Positions 17,782-29,300 of a stretch of 64,000 nucleotides of DNA are shown in pieces. A program made the position numbers and the translations under genes. Position 1 is the stretch's first letter, and every line of letters starts with the position of its first letter. The notes under the pieces are model-generated. The model was not told the DNA's origin. It saw only the letters and a list, made by a program, of their open reading frames with translations, and did no database searches. Origin of the DNA: an uncultured Planctomycetia bacterium. Its GTDB lineage: Bacteria > Omnitrophota > Gorgyraeia > Tantalellales > Tantalellaceae. Location of the stretch: contig CAYPCX010000004.1 in assembly GCA_964409365.1 (NCBI GenBank), forward strand, positions 21,015-85,014, given 5' to 3'.

Positions 17782-18368
17782 AGATCATAAATGATCTTAT
17801 CCTTATATTCCTGGCTGCCGTCATCACGAACAACTTCGTGCTGACGTACTTTCTGGGCATATGTCCCTTTATAGGCGTATCGAACAAGATAGACAGCGCG
17901 ATAGGGCTCGGTATGGCCACGACGTTCGTAATGACCATGGCCGCGACGGTCACGTGGATCATATATCATTACATACTTGTTCCGTTCAACCTGGAGTTTT
18001 TGCAGTACGTAACGTTCATCATAGTTATAGCGAGTTTCGTGCAGTTCGTGGAGATGTTTATAAAGAAGGTCTCTCCGCCTCTTTATAAGGCGTTAGGTAT
18101 TTTCCTTCCGCTTATCACCACGAACTGCGCAATTCTGGGTCTTACGCTTTTCATGGTGCTTAAAGATTACGAGTTCCTCGAGTCGGTCATCTTCGGTTTC
18201 GGCGCGGGTGTGGGTTTTACGCTGGCCCTTGTTCTCATGGCCGGGATACGCGAAGAACTCGAGTTCGCCGACATCCCGGGACCCCTTAAAGGGTCGGGCA
18301 TCACCCTGATACTGGCGGGGATGCTTGCCCTGGCGTTCATGGGTTTCGGCGGTATTATAAGCAGGTGA
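17778..18368 (+). CDS. rnfA: Rnf complex subunit A
   Basis: RnfA/NqrE family; position in operon. Confidence 0.85.
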   Translation: MKIINDLILIFLAAVITNNFVLTYFLGICPFIGVSNKIDSAIGLGMATTFVMTMAATVTWIIYHYILVPFNLEFLQYVTFIIVIASFVQFVEMFIKKVSPPLYKALGIFLPLITTNCAILGLTLFMVLKDYEFLESVIFGFGAGVGFTLALVLMAGIREELEFADIPGPLKGSGITLILAGMLALAFMGFGGIISR

Positions 18369-18410
18369 TCCGTTGCGTGAGGATCGAGAGTTTAGATGTC
18401 AGGTCTTAGG

Positions 18411-18572
18411 GGTCAGAAGACAGAGGACAGAAGGACGTAGATGTCTGGAGGATATTAGTTGTTAGCTTTTAGTTCTTAGTTTTTAGTCGTACAACTCATG
18501 ACTAACAACTTACAACTCAACACTTGATACTGGTAACTGGTAACTGGTAACTGGTAACTGGTAACTGGTAAC
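18411..18572. repeat. IR-R core (18411..18530, reverse complement of 11596..11715) followed by (CTGGTAA)x6
   Basis: manual reverse-complement comparison; few mismatches. Confidence 0.85.
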
Positions 18573-18591
18573 AGAACACACAATATGAACC

Positions 18592-19401
18592 ATGGATAAT
18601 CTGATGATAACGGCGATATTGAGCATGGCGGGACTGGCGATAGCGTTCGCGGCGGTCCTTGCGTTCGCCAACACGAAATTAAGGGTAGAGGAAGACCCGA
18701 GGGTGGACGTCATCAACCATCTTCTACCAGGGATCAATTGCGGCGCGTGCGGGTACCTCAGCTGCCACGACCTTGCGGAGCACGTGGTAAGGGAGGGGGA
18801 GGATCCCGCGAAATGCCGTGTAGTGGACGAGGAGACCAGGGAAAAACTTCTTGAGCTGACGGGCAGAGAGGGCGAAACGACTTATCCCTACATACCGCTT
18901 GTGCGGTGCGCGGCCGAATGGGAGCACAAGAAGAAAGAAGGAGTGGAGTATAAAGGCATCAAAACGTGCGCGGCGGCTAACCTCGCCTTCGGCGGGGGCA
19001 TGGACTGTGAATACGGCTGCATGGGGTTCGGCGACTGTGCCGAAGTATGTCCTTTCGACGCGCTCCATATGGAAAATGGCCTTCCCCGGCTCGACCAGGA
19101 GAAATGCACCGGTTGCGGAAAATGCGTCGAGGCATGCCCGCGCAACATCATAGTCCTTCAGGAGAAAAGGTTCGAGAAATTGTTTTACGTCGCTTGCAGC
19201 ACGCATGACGGGGCCTTAAGGGTCAGAGAGATCTGCAAGGTCGGCTGTATAGCCTGCGGGATATGCGAGAAACTTTCCCAGGAAGGGTTTTTCAAGGTAA
19301 CGGACAACCTCTCAAGGGCGGATTACTCCAAACAGGCCGACCCCGAAAAGGTAAGGCCCATAGCCGCCAAATGTCCGACGAAGGTGATAAAGGAAATTTA
19401 G
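18592..19401 (+). CDS. rnfB: Rnf complex subunit B (polyferredoxin)
   Basis: N-terminal TM; CGACGYLSC cluster; CTGCGKCVEACP and additional 4Fe-4S motifs. Confidence 0.85.
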   Translation: MDNLMITAILSMAGLAIAFAAVLAFANTKLRVEEDPRVDVINHLLPGINCGACGYLSCHDLAEHVVREGEDPAKCRVVDEETREKLLELTGREGETTYPYIPLVRCAAEWEHKKKEGVEYKGIKTCAAANLAFGGGMDCEYGCMGFGDCAEVCPFDALHMENGLPRLDQEKCTGCGKCVEACPRNIIVLQEKRFEKLFYVACSTHDGALRVREICKVGCIACGICEKLSQEGFFKVTDNLSRADYSKQADPEKVRPIAAKCPTKVIKEI

Positions 19402-19437
19402 GAAACAGGTGGCAGGAAACAGGTAACAGGGAAAACA

Positions 19438-21601
<2,164 letters not shown>

Positions 21602-21602
<1 letters not shown>

Positions 21603-22105
21603 TGAACATACGCCTTTTCGATGAAAAGTTCCGGGAGAATAAAACCCGGTATGTCGCCCAGGCCGTGTTGGGAAGCATGGCGGTAGGCGCGGCGCTTTTC
21701 TGGTTCGATATTGTCCGTAACCCCGTTGTGATAGCTTCTTTCGGCGCGAGCGGTTTTATCGCGTTCACCGAACCGCGGCAGAAATTCTCCGGCCCGCGGT
21801 ATCTCATAGGAGGGTACATAATAGGCATGGTCGTGGGGGCATCGGCCCATTACCTGACGGTCTTTCCCGTTCACCATTACATGACGCTCAAACTGATCCA
21901 TATTGCCGCCGGTGTCCTGGCGGTGGGATTGGCGATGTTCCTGATGTCGATAACGAACACGGAACATGCCCCAGCTTCCAGCATCGCCCTGGGGCTTGTG
22001 ATAAACGACTGGGATCATATCATCATAGTGAAGATCCTGGTGGGCATAATCATTATTTCCATGTCGCAGAGAGCGCTCAGGCGCTGGATGATCGATCTTG
22101 TCTAA
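21602..22105 (+). CDS. HPP-family-like membrane protein
   Basis: 4 TM; EHAPASSIALG resembles HPP motif; weak. Confidence 0.4.
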
Positions 22106-23046
22106 AGGAATTTTCTTGCCCGCCTGGGGTCTTTCAGGCCTTCGGTAGCGCCTCTGCCGGTGCAGGAGAGGGAGGATAAGGCAGAAGCGTATCGCAGATT
22201 TTCCTTCATTTCTTCCCAGAAAACGTCTTTTCCCGCGGAACAGTACCTGTGAATAAGGCCGGCGGTGAAACTGTCCCCGGCCCCGATCGTGTCCACGACA
22301 CGTACTCTGAAAGCGCTCTGGCGGAGTTTCTTTTTTCCGTCCCAGTAGAAAGATCCCTTTTCGCCCAATGTGACGATAAGTCCGCCTTTAAGATATTGTT
22401 CTATTCTTTTGATGGCGCCGTCCAGGCTTTTAGCCCCGGTAACACAGACCGCGTCTGTCTCACTGAGTTTTAAAAGGTCCACGAAAGGCAGGATCTTTTT
22501 TATCCTGCTCCTGGCGTTTCTCTTATCGGGTATTTTGGGAGCGCGCCAGTTAGGGTCATAAGTGACGAATACGTCTTCTTCTTTGGCGAGTTTCAGGAGG
22601 TCCCGGATAAGAGGGAAGAAGCGGTCGCTGTAGGAGAAAAAGGATCCCGTGTGCAGCACCGCCGTATCCCTGAAAAGGGCCTTGAGTTTTGTTTTGCCCG
22701 GTTTTTTATAAGGAGCGTCATATTCATAGAACTGGTATGTGGAGTTGCCTTTTTTGTCTACATGGGCGAAAGCAAGAGGGGCGTGTACTCTTTTATCCCT
22801 TATTATATGGCTTGTTTCTACACCTTGTTTGCTGAGTATTTCCACAAGGGCTGAGCTCATGGAGCCCACACCCAAACGTGATATCAGGACCGAAGGCAGC
22901 CCGAGGTGGGCAAGGATGATGGCGGTGTTGGTGGCCGATCCCCCTGCGTGGGCTTCAAGAACGAGATCGCCGGTCTTTTCATTCTTCTTAACTATAAGGT
23001 CAAAAAGCGATTCCCCGCAGCATATTATATGTTTCTTCTTTTTCAT
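22102..23046 (-). CDS. PfkB-family carbohydrate kinase (ribokinase/fructokinase-like)
   Basis: N-terminal GG motif region; DTIGAGDSF ATP-binding signature. Confidence 0.8.
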   Translation of the reverse strand: MKKKKHIICCGESLFDLIVKKNEKTGDLVLEAHAGGSATNTAIILAHLGLPSVLISRLGVGSMSSALVEILSKQGVETSHIIRDKRVHAPLAFAHVDKKGNSTYQFYEYDAPYKKPGKTKLKALFRDTAVLHTGSFFSYSDRFFPLIRDLLKLAKEEDVFVTYDPNWRAPKIPDKRNARSRIKKILPFVDLLKLSETDAVCVTGAKSLDGAIKRIEQYLKGGLIVTLGEKGSFYWDGKKKLRQSAFRVRVVDTIGAGDSFTAGLIHRYCSAGKDVFWEEMKENLRYASALSSLSCTGRGATEGLKDPRRARKFL

Positions 23047-23249
23047 GTCTGAACAATATTACCACGTCACCCCTGGCCTGACAAGTCCTATCCCGGATGG
23101 GAACCATTCTAAAACACCACCCGGATGAGGTCAGGCTGAAGAGGGGGACAAGGCAAGGGCTATTAGCTAATAAACCATTGTTAATAAATCACTTGTGTCA
23201 AAATCACAATAATTATTAAAGAATTAAGGCCATAAAAGCTGGATTTTTA

Positions 23250-23279
23250 TTGACATAACTAACTATTTTATGTTATAAT
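23250..23279 (+). promoter_or_regulatory. sigma70-like promoter TTGACA-18-TATAAT in AT-rich region upstream of giant ORF
   Basis: ttgacataactaactattttatgttataat read in sequence. Confidence 0.5.
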
Positions 23280-23344
23280 GCCGCTACTTAAATTTATTAA
23301 ATTAACAACTATGTCCAATATGACTGAAGTTTAGCGGCTAATAT

Positions 23345-26300
23345 ATGAATAATTACTTTAACATACATAGATTGTGGTTCAAAACAGTTGCGACAGGCGT
23401 AGTATGCCTGTTCCTTCTGAATAATTTCTCCTTCGCGCTGGAACCGACCACGGGTCAAAGATCCTGTCATACCCTTTCTCCGCAGTCACGATTCCCATTC
23501 GTGATCAAAGATAGAGTAAATGAAACGGAACTCACGCAGAGGCTCCAGAATGACGCGGGGCTGATATACGTGAGCCTGCTGATAGGAAAGGTCCTGGCTG
23601 CCAACGGTAGCGTGATCAGCGACAGAGGCTTAAGAACGCTGATCGAAAGACACATTCTGCATATAGAACCTGTAAGTTTTGATTGGGAAAACCTCAGGAA
23701 AGAAGGGAAGACCTTTTGTCTTCCTTATACCGAAAAGGGCGGCAACCGGACAAGGATCCTTCGTTATTATTTACCGGAGGATAAACCTGAAGAGGCAATA
23801 GGGAAACGGTCCATACCTCTCGGAACGGGAAATGCCAGGGTTATTTTAGAGGATACCCGGGTAGACGTATCGGAATCTGTGTTTATTTTTAACGTTGGCA
23901 CCGATGATATAAAGGGAGGAACAGGAAGAGAACTGTACGAGACAAATAGAATAGCTCAGGGAATTTATGATAGAGCGGCAGAGGCCCTGGGGTGCGATGT
24001 TTCCATGTTGTTTTTAGAGGAAAAGAACAGGGGTATAACCGAACGGTGGGCTGTCGGCAACATTTTGTATGGGGTAGCCCTGTATGCGGCATTTTCCGGC
24101 AGAATGGAGACGAATGATGCTCCGATCGCGCTGGCCGGTAACAGTATGGGTGAGATAGGAGCCCTTATCGTGAGCGGCGCCGTGTCTTTGGAGGACGGTG
24201 TCAGGCTTGCCCGGTTTTGTGGACATTTTTTTGAGACGGTCGTAGATAAGGTCGATTATGGCGTCGTCATACTGGAAGGCATTGAGAGTGATGCTATCAA
24301 GGGTTTTCTTGATCCCGGAAAGGTCGAGCTGTTCCAGGATGTTTCTCCCAGCAGCATTTCCCTGGCTGTAAGCAGGGATGTCGACCATGAAGAACTGGTC
24401 AACCGGTTAAAAGAGGCCGGAGCGAGAAGAGCGCAATATTTCGAAAAGCCTTTGGTCAAAGGGTCTCATGTAAGCTGGTACAGTCGTTATGGGCAGGGCC
24501 TTGTAGATCAGATCAGGGAAATGAAGATAAGCGATCCGGAGATCCCCGTTATCTCGCCCGCGACAGGGGAGATCCTCACGACCGCTGACCAGGTAAGGGA
24601 AGATATCCAGACGCAGTTTTTTAGGCCGATCGCATGGCGCGGTGTGGTAGATAAGGCCGTGGAAAGCGGCGCAAGATCGATGCTGGCCTTCGGGCCGGGA
24701 TGGCGGATCATAAAAAGAACAGAATCGATGGGTTCCGGTATTGAGATTATCCCGGCGACGGATCTTGCGGAGCTTGAATCCTTGAAACATAAGGTCAGGG
24801 GGTTCGGTTCCGAGAATTTAAGGCCGGATATCGGTACTGTGGTGAAAGGGCAGGATGGGCATACTTATGAAATCAAAGAGATAATAACGACCGGGGGAAC
24901 AGCCATTATTTTCGGGGCCAGGGATATGGAAACGAGCAAGAACGTCGCGATAAAATTCCTGGATTTTTCTATTGTGCCGGAACCGGAAGAATTTATAAAG
25001 CTGTTCAAACGGGAAGTGGATGTTTTGAAAAAAGGGTTCACGTTCGCGCCTGGTTTTTATGACTGGAATATCGTCGATGATCCCAAAGGTTATGGTTGGA
25101 TAGCTATGGAAAAGCTCGAAGGCGTTGAATTGTGGAAATGGGCAGCGGATAAATATCAGGATCAGACGATAGGTGTGCAGGAGAAGGTGAGAGATATAGT
25201 AGAAATAGTGCAGAAAGTCCTCAACCATATGAGTGCCTTATATGAAAACGGCATTCAGTATCGCGAAGTGAACCGGAAAAATATTATCGTTACTCCGGAG
25301 AGCGAACCGAAGCTAGTAGATTTCGTCGGCGCGTGCGTTCCCGGGCATGACCCAATACCATTGAATAAACTTCCGTGCACCCCGAACTATTTACCGCCTG
25401 ATAGACACCGTGAAATAAAACTCAAAGGTCCGGGGGTCCTTGACGATGTGACAACTCCGCAGTACGACGTTTTTCAGATGGGCGTGTTGCTGTTCCACCT
25501 GGCTCGCATGACAGGCCCACCTGATGACGGTTCTTATTGGGATGTCTCATTCACATACGAGACATATACCCGGGAAAAGATCGAAGATATGTTGCCGCCT
25601 GCTTGGAAAAGGTTTGCCGGTGTTATTTTTAAAGCCACCGCTCGGGAGCTTGAAGACCGCTACGAGAGCGCGGAAGAAATGAAACGCGCCATTGAGGAGC
25701 AGGAAGATGCACCAGGTTCCGAAGGATTTGGTGATGGGACTCATGGCCCGGATTTCGGAAAATCAAACCGAAAAAAGTTCTGTTTAGTCGCAATGGGCGC
25801 GGTATCTCCCTGGGTGGTGCTGATTCTATTAGCTGGCATGGTCATATGTGATATGGTCTACGGCGTAATAAACCACGAAAGGTTCTACCAGGTGATCCTC
25901 AACAAACACCCGAAGCTTACCCTCGCGCTTAAAAACCTCTTCTACCGCCAGTACTTGCCTGATCTTATCTCAAAACCCCTCCAGAGGTGGGCTGTTTCAG
26001 CGCTGGGCCGTTTGATGGACAAGATAAAAGAATTCACCGATAAACTCCCGGGAATAAGATTTAGGGATCCAGTTGTTGTCATGGAGGCCGAACTTGCGGG
26101 GACGGGAGACAAAGTAATCAGTGACATCGGCTTCCAGGTGCCGATCGTATTCGAGATGTCCAAGTCCGGCAGAAAGGGCAGAGGAAGGGGATCCAATAAA
26201 AGAAGGAAACAGATGTCCAAACGGCCCCCGGCCGCAGAGGAGCCCAAACCATACGATGACCTGATCTCCTGCGCGGGATATGCTTTAAATAACCTGGTGA

Positions 26301-29300
26301 TCGTCAGGGAACAACCTGAGATGCTACAAGCGGCAAAAGATTTTTACGCTTATTTATCTGAAGCAGGGAAAGACATCTTGGACCAGTTGAATATAGATGA
26401 GAACAAACTACAGGATATAAGATCGATTTTGGAAGGAAGGGGTTTGTCTCCGGACATGGTCCGGTGTTTGAGGCAGGATGCGGAGATCATAACCGGCAGA
26501 ACGAAGGGTAAAGGTACGGTCAAAGCCTCCCCGAAAAGATTTTCGGACGATTATGAAATAGTCGAGGTCGCCGATGTAAAAACACTTGTTCCCGTTATTA
26601 TGTATGTTCAGGAAATGAAAGCGCGTGAAGTCACGGATGCGGAACTCTCATTATACGCGGTGACTGATGATGATTTGAGAAAAGGAGTTCGGATGCCGGA
26701 GAAATTACCGGCCGCAAAAGAGATGCTTTACAGGAAAGCGTTGAGAAACCTGAAAGATGTAAATTGGTACAAAAGGGGCTGGCAGGAAGTTCAGGGTTTA
26801 TCCCCGGCGAATAAACGTTTTCTGAAAGAAAAAGCGGAAGAGATATGCGGGGATAAACTTGAAAAGTGCTGGGGTTTTGTAGAAGGCATTTCAAGCGAGC
26901 AGGATTATGCCGAGAAACTAATGAGAACTGAGATTGCCACCGTGAACAGTATGCGTGATTTCACGGAGTTTATAATATTGTTGGCGTGTATTTACGGAGG
27001 CGAGCAGACGCATGATGAGATGCGCGTGGCCTTGGAAAATATAGAAAAAGAGCATGAAAATGCCGCCCTTCTCGGTGATGCGCCTGTTCTCGACAGACTT
27101 GACGAAGATGTATCGGTAAATGTAGGGACTTTCGCAAAGATCGCTTTTTCCTTTCTTGAACATGAAAAGGGCTTGGAAAGAGACAGTAAAGAGTACAGGG
27201 CGATACTGGATGCGGTACGGCGTATAAATTCCTCCGCTAAAGTGCAATGCCGGCCGGAATCGAGCGAGAGATGGATAAGGGACTTTTTGGCATGGATACA
27301 CGCGGGATTCAGGTATTATCTGATGCCGAAAGGCGGCGAGATATACGACGATCGGCATGGGCCGGGTGTGTTGCGTGAAGGCGGGGCCATTGTTCCGGGA
27401 AGGGCGGTAACACCCTTTACACTGGTATCCGGTGCCGTAAAAACTTCGGACGCCGAGCTTTTCTCCGCTGAGGCGGGGAAACTGGGAATATTTACTTATG
27501 TCCTTCCTCCCGGGTTTGTGACATGCCGGATATCTTCTACCGGAAGGAATATAATCCTTAAAACGGGGCACATTGATGTAGTCATGGGTGTTGTTCCGCC
27601 GGAGTTTACAAGCGATGGCAGAGCCAAACTCCTGATGGATCCGAGTTATCACAACCTGGTGAAAGACAACCCCGAATTTCTGCGTCTTTTGGAAGAACAG
27701 GGTTCTAATATGGATGTGGTCCTAATACATCCGGAAGAAACTTACCTTAACCTGGCCAATTTCAGCTCGCTCCTGGATGAAAATGGGCAGGTCAAACTGC
27801 TTTTTAATCACGACAAAGGCCTTACTTTGCCATATTTGAATTTGAAAACGGGTGTTCTTTTCCAGACGGATATGGAAATAACGGGAATGGCGGTTCTTAG
27901 GGGCCTGGTAAGGTGTATGACAAATATGCTTCCCGGGAGCTACGTAAAGGGAGGCGCCTCTACCAGCATCGTGATCCGTGATAGCGGTATGCCACCCGGT
28001 GTGGCGACAGGCCTTCATGCGTTAAGTAAGGACCCGGAACTGAAAAGGGTGTTGCAGGAGCTTTGGATAAATAGATTGACGATAACTGGGACTAAATTTC
28101 GTCCTATGTCCCTGGTCCATTATGATTCGTCAACCCGGAGGATTCTCGTCCAGTTGGGGAATGATCTTGTAAATGATCCCAGCGCCGCCTGCGATTATGT
28201 TATTAATTACTTAGAAGCAACCCGGCAGCGTCTGTGCCAGGATATGGGTATATCTGTCCAGGGGTTTGGTGATACCCGACAGATGGGTGGATCGGCCCCG
28301 GCTCCGGCCGGTATGTTCCCGTGGATGTGGCGCGTCTATGATCCGATAAAAAGAGGTCTTGAGAAGAGGGACTGGCCGGCGCGCCGGATCGCCGGTCTGA
28401 TAGGCGGCCTGGAAGAGCTGGGGATCGCGGGCCTGGTCATGAACGGGGCAGCTTTTGCGTTAAGTTATTTTTGCGGGATGCCTTTTATAACAGCTCTTCT
28501 GGTGACTTCAGCGGTCGCGGTGCCGTTTTTTCCGGCAGGACATATTAGAGGACGGTATTATATTCAAGGAGGGGGATTTGCCCCCGCTTTGCCTTCTAAT
28601 TTCTGGAAGGATATGGGCGTCCTTACAGTTCTTGGACTTACGACAAGATCCCTGCAGCTATTGCCTGTCGCAATGGTATGCGTGTTTAACCTTAATCCTG
28701 CCTTTACGCTGGTCGGCATCCCGCTTGCCGTTATCGCGCATGCTTATTATAACCATTCCGTAGCGCCCGAACGCAACCGCCCTCTCGGCATGCCATGGAA
28801 AGGTAAACCCCACAAGTGGACGCCGGAACGTATATCTGAAGAGCTTCGCATGATGTATTTTGACGGAGTGGATTCAAGAGGTGTGAAGTGCACACGTGAA
28901 GACCTTCGGATCGAAAAAATAAGAGACCATTATCAGGGTCTTGCTGTTGCGGTCCCGAGGACTTGGAAGGAAATGCTGAAGGAACAGGGAGTATCAGAGA
29001 ACAGCCGCCTTTATATTTACATGTCCGGGGAAGGCAGAAATCCCAGGGAAGGTATTAATAAGGCAGGATGGGAGTATTTCTGGGCGACGATCGGAGTGAA
29101 TTACGAAAGAGATATTGAAAAGAAACCGGGTGCTGCAGAAGGGGCTTATATACCGAACGCGACCGATAGCGGCATAGAACACCGTGATTTGAAAAAGTTC
29201 GTTCCGGAAGAAGATGAGCTGTTCGGTATTGTCAGGGAAATGTTGGGCGGGGAAGATCTCACTGAACACGAGATAGCTGATATCATCCTCAACGCGCCCG

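Noticed and set aside
24830-25625. Active Ser/Thr protein kinase call for the giant-protein kinase-like domain
   Set aside because: The catalytic loop reads YREVNRKN (HRD Asp to Glu) and DFG is DFV. Called kinase-like or pseudokinase only.
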